From contig NC_020304.1 of NCBI RefSeq assembly GCF_000341395.1, positions 390,001 through 422,000 on the forward strand: DNA of 32,000 nucleotides, written 5' to 3'. The stretch comes from Desulfocapsa sulfexigens DSM 10523 (GTDB taxonomy: Bacteria > Desulfobacterota > Desulfobulbia > Desulfobulbales > Desulfocapsaceae). Position 1 is the stretch's first letter; each line of letters opens with the position of its first letter. The notes under the pieces were generated by a model. That model was not told the origin of the DNA, searched no databases, and saw only the letters and a program-made list of their open reading frames with translations. This document shows, piece by piece, positions 9,489 through 16,054 of the stretch. The translations under genes were made by a program, and so were the position numbers.

Positions 9489-10862
9489 ATGCTATTACGT
9501 CACACACGAAAAGAAATAGGGGAGCGCAAGGCCGTCAGTATCAACCCTGCAAAAACCTGCCAGCCCATCGGAGCCATGTATGCGGCTCTCGGCATTCATG
9601 GCTGTCTGCCCCACAGTCACGGTTCCCAGGGGTGCTGTGCCTATCACCGATCGGCTCTGACCCGTCATTACAAAGAGCCCATTTCGGCAGCCACTTCCTC
9701 CTTCACAGAAGGGGCCTCAGTCTTTGGCGGCCAGGCCAATCTCCTCCAGGGGATTAATAATATTTTCTCTGTTTATGAGCCGGATGTAATTGCCGTTCAT
9801 ACCACCTGTCTTTCAGAAACCATTGGCGACGATTTGCCCCAGATCAGGAAAAAGGCCCAGACAGAGGGAAAAATACCTGAAGGAAAATATGTGATAGGAG
9901 CCTCCACTCCGAGCTATGTGGGGTCGCATGTCACCGGTTTTTCCAACATGGTTAAATCCATGATTGAATTTTCGGAAAAAACAGGCAGGAAAAACGGCAA
10001 AATCAATATTATCCCAGGCTGGGTAGAACCCTGCGACATGGAAGAAATCAAGCGTATGGCCAAACTCACGGGAGTGGAAACAATTATGTTTCCTGACACC
10101 TCAGGTGTTTTAAATGCTCCCATGACCGGCGAGTACAAAATGTTCCCGGATGGTGGCACAACCATAGCGGAACTGAAATCCACAGGAGATTCTACCGGTA
10201 CCCTTGCACTCGGCGAATGGTGTTCAGCTGATGCAGCCAGAGTGCTTGACAAGAAATGTAAGGTTCCTTGCAGGGTGCTGGACATGCCCTTTGGTCTCAA
10301 GGCCACCGATCGTTTTGTCGATGCCATGAGAACCATCGCAGGGGTTTCCGTTTCAGACGAACTGGCTGTTGAACGTGGACAGTTGGTGGATATGATCACT
10401 GATATGCACCAGTATTTTTATAAGAAAAAAGTCGCCATTGCCGGTGATCCGGATCAGGTCATCGCCATGGTTGAGTTTCTCGTTTCAATTGACATGTGTC
10501 CGGTTCACGTGGTCACCGGAACACCTGGCAAGAAGTTTGAAAAACGGATTAAAGAAATCACAAAAGATAAAGGTTTTGAAGTGAATGTAAAAGCCAGAGG
10601 TGATCTCTTTCTTCTCCATCAGTGGATACAGAACGAACCGGTGGATCTTCTGATCTGCAATACCTACGGTAAGTACATTGCACGGGATGAGGATATTCCC
10701 TTTTTGCGGTGGGGATTCCCAATACTTGATCGCCAGGGCCATCAGTACTTTCCCACTGTTGGATATAAGGGTGGATTGCGTCTGCTGGAAAAAATTCTTG
10801 GTCTGCTTCTTGATCGCAAGGATCGGGATGATCCTGAAGAGTCATTCGAACTGGTTCTGTAA
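9489..10862 (+). CDS. nifK: nitrogenase molybdenum-iron protein beta chain NifK (start probably ATG 9489; open frame extends to 9390)
   Basis: 'MLLRHTRKEIGERKAVSINPAKTCQPIGAMYAALGIHGCLPHSHGSQGCCAYHRSALTRHYKEP', 'TTCLSETIGDDL', 'GWVEPCDMEEIKR'; follows nifD. Confidence 0.97.
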   Translation: MLLRHTRKEIGERKAVSINPAKTCQPIGAMYAALGIHGCLPHSHGSQGCCAYHRSALTRHYKEPISAATSSFTEGASVFGGQANLLQGINNIFSVYEPDVIAVHTTCLSETIGDDLPQIRKKAQTEGKIPEGKYVIGASTPSYVGSHVTGFSNMVKSMIEFSEKTGRKNGKINIIPGWVEPCDMEEIKRMAKLTGVETIMFPDTSGVLNAPMTGEYKMFPDGGTTIAELKSTGDSTGTLALGEWCSADAARVLDKKCKVPCRVLDMPFGLKATDRFVDAMRTIAGVSVSDELAVERGQLVDMITDMHQYFYKKKVAIAGDPDQVIAMVEFLVSIDMCPVHVVTGTPGKKFEKRIKEITKDKGFEVNVKARGDLFLLHQWIQNEPVDLLICNTYGKYIARDEDIPFLRWGFPILDRQGHQYFPTVGYKGGLRLLEKILGLLLDRKDRDDPEESFELVL

Positions 10863-10873
10863 GGAGTACAGCC

Positions 10874-11965
10874 ATGTATGATGGAACTTACACAGACCAT
10901 ATGGCGCTGCATGTCAAGCTGCCCATTGCTCCCCAGGCCAATCATCGACTAAGCGGGGCTGCAGATAGTAAAATAGATTCCACGTCCCTGGTTCCCGCCG
11001 AGGCCGTGGCCTGGGTGCAGGCACTCCGCAAAGGAGGGAAAAAAATTCAATCTATTGAACTCTGTGGCCCTGGTGATGTTCTGGCTTCGGTTCCGACTAC
11101 TTTGAATTGTCTGGAGCTTCTCCAGCCTGAAATTCATGATGCTGAACTTTCTTTGACCACTATCGGCCTGGGAGCCGCATCATTGGCCTCCACTCTGGCT
11201 CATTTTGGCGTAAAAACAGTGAACCTGCTGGTGGATACCGTCTCAGCTGAAACAGCAATGAAACGGTATGTATGGATCCGTCCTGCCAAAAAGAACGTCC
11301 CGATAACCCAGGCGTCCAGAATACTTATCAGTGCCCAGGCCGAGGCTGTACAGGCCTTAAAAGATGCTGGCATCAGAGTGATTGTACGATGCACTCTGGC
11401 TGCCGGAGTCAATGATGGAGAAGTTGCAGCCATTGCAAAAAAAATGGCAGGTCTGGGCGCCGGGGCTATGGAAATTGATGGAGAAGATGGCACCTACCTG
11501 GAAAAACTGTCCGGACTGGCTTCTACCTATCTGCCTGCGGCAGTCTACCAGGCTGCACCGGAGCTTCCACCTCCGGGAACACCAAACTCGTGTGCGGATA
11601 TCAGCATGCCTAAACCAACAGAAGGACGGCCGAATGTCGCTGTGGTCAGTACCAATGGAATGGATGTTGATATGCATCTTGGCCAGGCACCACAGGTACT
11701 GATCTACGGCCCCCGAGACGATGGTTTGGCCTGTCTCCTGATGGCCCGGCAGACACCAGGCACTGGCGGTGGTCCCAATCGCTGGAAGATCCTGGCTGAA
11801 GAGTGTCTCCACGACTGCTTTGCCCTTCTGGCAACCCATGCCGGTGATACACCCCGAAAAGAACTTGCCGAGCTTGGGATCCAGGTGATTCTCACTGAAG
11901 ACAATGTGGAAGGCCTGGTGGATGTCCTTTACGGCGGTGGTAAAAAAAAGAAATGTAAAAAATAG
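10874..11965 (+). CDS. NifB-like protein lacking the radical-SAM cysteines, fused to C-terminal NifX/NafY-type (dinitrogenase iron-molybdenum cofactor) domain
   Basis: N-terminal 'HVKLPIAPQANHRLSG...PAEAVAWVQAL...IELCGPGDVLAS...LGAASLASTLAHFGVKTVNLLVDTV...AVQALKDAGIRVIVRCTLAAGVNDGEVAAIAKKM' tracks 'HLPVAPKCNIQCNYC...PEQALVYMD...VAGIAGPGDPFAN...LTPHVDEVADIGVSHVTVTVNGI...AIEKLKSRGVTVKINFITIPGINDHHAEATAETM' of the NifB at 18882; C-terminus 'PNVAVVSTNGMDVDMHLGQAPQVLIYGPRDDG...DTPRKELAELGIQVILTEDNVEGLVDVL'. RBS aaggag. Confidence 0.85.
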   Translation: MYDGTYTDHMALHVKLPIAPQANHRLSGAADSKIDSTSLVPAEAVAWVQALRKGGKKIQSIELCGPGDVLASVPTTLNCLELLQPEIHDAELSLTTIGLGAASLASTLAHFGVKTVNLLVDTVSAETAMKRYVWIRPAKKNVPITQASRILISAQAEAVQALKDAGIRVIVRCTLAAGVNDGEVAAIAKKMAGLGAGAMEIDGEDGTYLEKLSGLASTYLPAAVYQAAPELPPPGTPNSCADISMPKPTEGRPNVAVVSTNGMDVDMHLGQAPQVLIYGPRDDGLACLLMARQTPGTGGGPNRWKILAEECLHDCFALLATHAGDTPRKELAELGIQVILTEDNVEGLVDVLYGGGKKKKCKK

Positions 11966-11977
11966 AGGAGAAGTACA

Positions 11978-12280
11978 ATGGCTTTACCGGAAAGAATGAT
12001 CCTTGTCTGCCAGTCGTTTCGTGTGGTTGGGGACAAGAAGGGAATCTGCCATAAGGGTACCGACGGGTTTCTGCAATACATTGAAGAAGAGGTGCTGGAT
12101 CGTGGGCTTGATTGTCTCGTCACCGCCACCACCTGCCTCAAGCAGTGCGACAACGGCCCCATCATGGTTATCCAGCCAGAAAACTGGTGGTTTAAAGGGG
12201 TTTCCAGTGAAGAGGCAATTGATGCCATCCTCGATGGCCTGGAAGATGGTGAGCCCGCGTCGGAATATCTGATTGGATAA
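11978..12280 (+). CDS. thioredoxin-like [2Fe-2S] ferredoxin domain protein
   Basis: 'ILVCQSFRVVGDKKGICHKG...TTCLKQCDNGPIMVIQPENWWFKGVSSEEAIDAIL' matches the 4-Cys pattern and fold text of thioredoxin-like 2Fe-2S ferredoxins. Confidence 0.85.
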   Translation: MALPERMILVCQSFRVVGDKKGICHKGTDGFLQYIEEEVLDRGLDCLVTATTCLKQCDNGPIMVIQPENWWFKGVSSEEAIDAILDGLEDGEPASEYLIG

Positions 12281-12288
12281 AAACAATA

Positions 12289-12321
12289 CCTGATTACCAT
12301 CGAAACTCAGCTTTGCAACCC
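12289..12321. repeat. 33-bp perfect direct repeat, copy 1
   Basis: cctgattaccatcgaaactcagctttgcaaccc, identical to 20235-20267. Confidence 0.95.
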
Positions 12322-12372
12322 AGAGTTGTTCCGTGTCGATTATATGGGACGCCATAAGGACTGAAGAAAACA

Positions 12373-12807
12373 ATGGCCGACATCATCTTTTATGAAAAGC
12401 CCGGATGTATCAATGGTGAGAAACAGAAAGCCATACTCCGGGCCGGGGGACACTCTTTACATTGCCTGGACATCCTCAATTTTCCGTGGACACGTGAAAA
12501 ACTTCTGGCCTTTGTAATGGGAAAGAATCCTGTGGAAATGATAAATCAGACCGCCCCGGCGATAAAGCGTGGTGAAATCGTACCAAAACAGCTCACATTT
12601 AATGAAGCCGTCGACATGATGTTGCTGGATCCCATCCTAATCAAAAGACCTCTTATTGAGGTGGATGGTATGGCTATTCAAGGCTTTATGGACTCGCGTC
12701 TCACCCCCTACCTGGGAGACTGGGACAACAGTGTCGATGTGGTAACCTGTCCCAATCTGCAGGGCATTTCCTGTGATGAACAGAAGAGGGAAACCAATGA
12801 CATTTAA
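12373..12807 (+). CDS. ArsC/Spx-like nitrogenase-associated protein (NifO-like)
   Basis: 'MADIIFYEKPGCINGEKQKAILRAGGHSLHCLDILNFPWTREKLLAFV...APAIKRGEIVPKQLTFNEAVDMMLLDPILIKRPLIEVDG' is the ArsC-like nitrogenase-associated pattern. Confidence 0.87.
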   Translation: MADIIFYEKPGCINGEKQKAILRAGGHSLHCLDILNFPWTREKLLAFVMGKNPVEMINQTAPAIKRGEIVPKQLTFNEAVDMMLLDPILIKRPLIEVDGMAIQGFMDSRLTPYLGDWDNSVDVVTCPNLQGISCDEQKRETNDI

Positions 12808-12982
12808 GTCACACCTTGAATCCCGTGGAGAACGATGTCCGAAATGTGATTCCAGGGCAATAAAAACCAGTGATACACCGAAAAAGATACGTACTGACAC
12901 GGTACATGTTGCCATGTTCTGTGCCACCTGTGGTGCCAGATGGCGAAATATTTATACTCTCAGCAAATCCGAAGAATTGTAG
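12797..12982 (+). CDS. small zinc-ribbon-like protein, unknown function
   Basis: Two CxxC knuckles: 'ERCPKCDSRAI...HVAMFCATCGARWRNIYTL'; overlaps the previous stop and ends just before the next start, consistent with translational coupling. Confidence 0.65.
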   Translation: MTFKSHLESRGERCPKCDSRAIKTSDTPKKIRTDTVHVAMFCATCGARWRNIYTLSKSEEL

Positions 12983-12984
12983 AA

Positions 12985-13476
12985 ATGATCAACTCATCCA
13001 TTGCAGGTATGTGTGTGCGTCAGGCCAGGAAAGCCGATCTTGATGAGCTGGCTGGCCTGCTTCAGCAGCTTTTTACAATTGAGGAAGATTTCCGTTTCGA
13101 TGCCGCCCGGCAACACCGGGGACTCGAAATGCTGCTTGATCGTGATGGTGCTGTTGTTCTCGTTGCCGAAAAAGAGAACAACGTTATCGGCATGTGTACC
13201 GGGCAACTTATGATATCCACTGCCGAGGGTGGGCATTCCCTGCTTGTTGAAGATGTGGTGGTGGATGAGCAATGGCGAGGGAGAGGTATCGGCACCGGAC
13301 TGCTCAAGGCTTTGGAAGATTGGGGAGAAAAAAAGAAAGTATCCCGTTACCAGCTTCTGGCAGATAAGTCGAATGATGCGGGGATCAGATTTTACCGTAA
13401 ACACAACTGGCAGCAAACAGAACTTATCTGTCTGCGTAAACACCCATTGATGGGTACCAGCAAAGGAAAGGGATAA
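12985..13476 (+). CDS. GNAT family N-acetyltransferase
   Basis: 'VRQARKADLDELAGLLQQLF', 'LLVEDVVVDEQWRGRGIGTGLLKALEDWGEKKKVSRYQLLADKSNDAGIRFYRKHNWQQTELICLRK'. Confidence 0.88.
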   Translation: MINSSIAGMCVRQARKADLDELAGLLQQLFTIEEDFRFDAARQHRGLEMLLDRDGAVVLVAEKENNVIGMCTGQLMISTAEGGHSLLVEDVVVDEQWRGRGIGTGLLKALEDWGEKKKVSRYQLLADKSNDAGIRFYRKHNWQQTELICLRKHPLMGTSKGKG

Positions 13477-13483
13477 AGAGATC

Positions 13484-13954
13484 ATGAACAATACAAAGGT
13501 GGCAACACCCCCCTCCATGGTGGGATTTGGCGATATCAAGGGTAAACCGGAACCTATCGATGATTGGGATATTTTTCTCCATGATGGCGATGCCTTTTTG
13601 AAAACGGGCCTTGCTGCCCACACAAAAGGAAAAAAGGCCTTTACTCCTGAGATCCTTTACAACATCGTTGCCATGGCCATTGAAAAATTTGTAATGGCCG
13701 CCCTTATGCAGCGTGGTGCTCTGCCATACAACCATACTATGGGGGATCTGGTTGAGGCCATGGATGAAGTATTTCCTGATGCCATGGGCGATCTGAAAAA
13801 TAGTCTCCTTGATCTTGACCGTTACCAGGAGATTTGCGATGTGGATACCTTTACTGTCATCCCTCCTGCTTTTGAGGAAATCCCAAAGATGCTGACTCTG
13901 GCAGAGAGGATGCAAACTCTGGCATACCAAACAACAGGGGAGATAGAAAAATGA
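13484..13954 (+). CDS. HEPN-like domain protein, unknown function
   Basis: 'GLAAHTKGKKAFTPEILYNIVAMAIEKFVMAALMQRGALPYNHTMGDLVEAMDEVFPD' resembles HEPN helices with an R-x6-H motif (RGALPYNH). Confidence 0.6.
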   Translation: MNNTKVATPPSMVGFGDIKGKPEPIDDWDIFLHDGDAFLKTGLAAHTKGKKAFTPEILYNIVAMAIEKFVMAALMQRGALPYNHTMGDLVEAMDEVFPDAMGDLKNSLLDLDRYQEICDVDTFTVIPPAFEEIPKMLTLAERMQTLAYQTTGEIEK

Positions 13955-14268
13955 CGCTGAGACCACTGGGTACTGTGAGGGAAATTCTTGAATCTGCAGG
14001 AATGGGACTCTCCTACGCATACGAAGATCTGGTTTTCCTGGAACACAACGGCTTCCTGCTTCAGTTTACCGACAGGTCGCAGGAAGTACTGATACACATC
14101 AATGAAGAAGCAAAAGAAGAAGACCTGGCTTTTTCCCTGACACTGTTACAGGGGAAGGCTAAAGAAAACAGGATGGTTTTTAGCAGAGGGAGTTATTACC
14201 GGTTGAGCCAGGCTGATGAGGAAAATATCCGAATCGAGTTTTTACCAACTGAAAAATCTGTGAACTAA
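13951..14268 (+). CDS. small protein of unknown function in nif accessory operon
   Basis: 105-aa ORF overlapping the upstream stop (ATGA), 'MTLRPLGTVREILESAGMGLSYAYEDLVFLEHNGFLLQFTDRSQEVLIHINEEAKEED'; next gene follows within 10 bp. Confidence 0.65.
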   Translation: MTLRPLGTVREILESAGMGLSYAYEDLVFLEHNGFLLQFTDRSQEVLIHINEEAKEEDLAFSLTLLQGKAKENRMVFSRGSYYRLSQADEENIRIEFLPTEKSVN

Positions 14269-14278
14269 GGAGAATACA

Positions 14279-14500
14279 ATGGCCAGAGAAGATGTTGAGA
14301 AGTTGTTAATCGCCGGTGGAGAAGACAAACACCTGCGGGCAAAATATGATGTACCGGCAACCAGGGAGGAGTTTGTTGAGCTGGCTGCCAGTGAGGGGTA
14401 TGAGTTTACTGTCGAAGAACTTGACGCTATTCTTAAAGAGTCCGGAGATGTCTTCGAAAAAAATGGAAATCCCCCAAAACGCTCAATCTGGTGGACATAG
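14279..14500 (+). CDS. Nif11 domain small protein
   Basis: 'VEKLLIAGGEDKHLRAKYDVPATREEFVELAASEGYEFTVEELDAILKES' matches Nif11 (L..K...A.T.EEFV.LA...GY.FT.EEL); preceded by taaggaga RBS. Confidence 0.82.
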   Translation: MAREDVEKLLIAGGEDKHLRAKYDVPATREEFVELAASEGYEFTVEELDAILKESGDVFEKNGNPPKRSIWWT

Positions 14501-14639
14501 ATAGTATTTAGGGGAGCCTCGAAAGACAGCTTTTCAAGGTCCTTTTAAAGGGTGTACTTGCAATAGACAGTAGTGTAATGGTTTGTTTTTTTAAATATCA
14601 GACCTGATTACTGGCCATTTATGATAGAGGTGGAATGGA

Positions 14640-14680
14640 AAAAGCAGAATCAACTGAATGATTCTGCTTTTCTCGTTTTT
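14640..14680. terminator. probable bidirectional terminator between the nif accessory operon (+) and uspA (-)
   Basis: AAAAGCAGAATCA-actgaa-TGATTCTGCTTTT perfect 13-bp hairpin flanked by T-rich sequence (tctcgttttt). Confidence 0.75.
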
Positions 14681-14753
14681 GTTACTTCAGACCTTAGCTT
14701 GGTACAGGTGCCCATGCCCCTCCACACACAATCTTGCATCACTTGAATAACAG

Positions 14754-15182
14754 CTATGGAACTACAAGGACAGGGCAATACATAGTACTCAAAACCTTAT
14801 GCGTGACACTCCCAAGGAAAAGGCCAGAAATATCCGAATGACCCTGTGATCCCATAATTATCAGATCATATTCTTTAGATTTTGAAATATCGGCTAATAT
14901 TTTACCAGGTAATCCACGAATCGGTTTAAGGGTATAATCTACACCCCTATCTCTGAAAATTTCTTCTGCAACTTTCAGGATATTTTCGGATTTGCTTTTA
15001 CATATCTCCTCTAGATCACATAGTAATGGACTTGGTACTTCCATTATACTTGGATTCAAGTCATAACAATTAATAATTGTTACATGGGAGCCCATTTGTT
15101 TTGCAATAGAAAGTGCGCAATGAGCTGCATTTATTGAATAGGTAGAATCATCAAAAGGAAGGAGGATTTTTTCGAATTTCAT
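14754..15182 (-). CDS. universal stress protein (UspA family)
   Basis: 'KILLPFDDSTYSINAAHCALSIAKQMGSHVTIINCYD...YDLIIMGSQGHSDISGLFLGSVTHKVLSTMYCPVLVV'. Confidence 0.93.
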   Translation of the reverse strand: MKFEKILLPFDDSTYSINAAHCALSIAKQMGSHVTIINCYDLNPSIMEVPSPLLCDLEEICKSKSENILKVAEEIFRDRGVDYTLKPIRGLPGKILADISKSKEYDLIIMGSQGHSDISGLFLGSVTHKVLSTMYCPVLVVP

Positions 15183-15302
15183 TACAATGGTTCCTTGGGA
15201 GGTGAAAGTAGCATTTGTTATGCTTGGTGCACATGCAATGAATTGTATCTCTGTAAAAAGGATAGCATTTCGATCGGAAAAATCAAACTATAAAATCCAA
15301 GA

Positions 15303-15449
15303 CTAAGATGTCAAACCCTTTTGTGCACTCAATACTCCAAGTACACCTCCATAGGTGATAGAGCTAATAGCCAGTGGCGTATTTGCTACCGCACCTTTAT
15401 ACAGGCTCGTGTAATCTAATCTCAGTACTCTAGTTGCTATACTATTCAT
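15303..15449 (-). pseudogene. short AzlC-like (branched-chain amino-acid permease) N-terminal remnant
   Basis: 48-codon minus ORF read by hand: 'MNSIATRVLRLDYTSLYKGAVANTPLAISSITYGGVLGVLSAQKGLTS*', resembling the 'G..ailPl..g..pfG..fGvla...Gls' start of AzlC. Confidence 0.45.
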
Positions 15450-15617
15450 AATAAAATGATCAGTGCTGTCTCATAGTTGAATATGTACTTAACTTGACAG
15501 GAGAAGAGATATTTGATGAACGAAAACTGCAGGTGATTTACATTATCGCCTACCCTTGGCGACATAGCTAACCAGTCGGCCCCGAACTTGCGACAAGAAA
15601 CACCGCACTGTACCTAA

Positions 15618-15779
15618 TTAGCCATTATCAAGTGATACATTGAGCCATTCAAGAGCTTCAGCGAAACTTCTAAAAACTTCAGTGTTTACATCTGCACCTT
15701 CAATAAGTGTCTGGTGTACACGCGAAGATCCGTATGTAAGGTCAACTGGAGATACAAAAGTACATTTTTCTTCTCGCAA
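15618..15779 (-). pseudogene. short C-terminal gene remnant, possibly STAS/SEC14-like
   Basis: Hand translation '...LREEKCTFVSPVDLTYGSSRVHQTLIEGADVNTEVFRSFAEALEWLNVSLDNG*' looks like a protein C-terminus without an upstream body (in-frame stop just before). Confidence 0.4.
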
Positions 15780-15865
15780 TTATCTGTAAAATATCTCCAT
15801 GGCTACGGTTTGCGCCTTCTGTCTTTATCGAATAATTCACTAAAGCCTTTATTCATTTTTCTGTG

Positions 15866-15898
15866 ACAAAAAAGAAGTCACTCTTCTTTTTTGTCAAC
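15866..15898. repeat. perfect 14-bp inverted repeat (hairpin) upstream of nifE
   Basis: TGACAAAAAAGAAG-tcact-CTTCTTTTTTGTCA. Confidence 0.85.
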
Positions 15899-15996
15899 TT
15901 TCCTACATTCTGTGTAGTTCGGCATATGGTTTTCTGTCAAACAGGATCACCTTCTATCTCCCCTGAATAAAAGAGTATAGTTCGCTTTTATTCTTC

Positions 15997-16012
15997 TGGC
16001 ACAATCGTTGCT
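15997..16012 (+). promoter_or_regulatory. sigma54 (-24/-12) promoter of nifENB
   Basis: TGGCAC-AATCG-TTGCT, exact match to TGGCAC-N5-TTGCW, ~43 bp upstream of the nifE ATG. Confidence 0.85.
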
Positions 16013-16054
16013 TTTCTTGAATCAAAGAAACCATCAACTATTGAAGGGAAAAGC

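Noticed and set aside
11984-12373. Minus ORFs containing 'WVAKLSFDGNQV' at 11984-12373 and 'RVAKLSFDGNQV' at 20047-20274
   Set aside because: The shared peptide is just the translation of the 33-bp DNA repeat in the same frame; flanking protein sequence is antisense to real genes and unrelated.
12994-13623. 209-aa minus-strand ORF opposite GNAT/HEPN-like genes
   Set aside because: Antisense to well-supported + strand ORFs; no recognisable motif, no RBS context supporting it.
14279-14500. Nif11 gene as precursor of a RiPP natural product
   Set aside because: No GG/GA leader cleavage motif, no core peptide beyond a few residues, and no lanthionine synthetase, radical SAM maturase or peptidase-transporter nearby.
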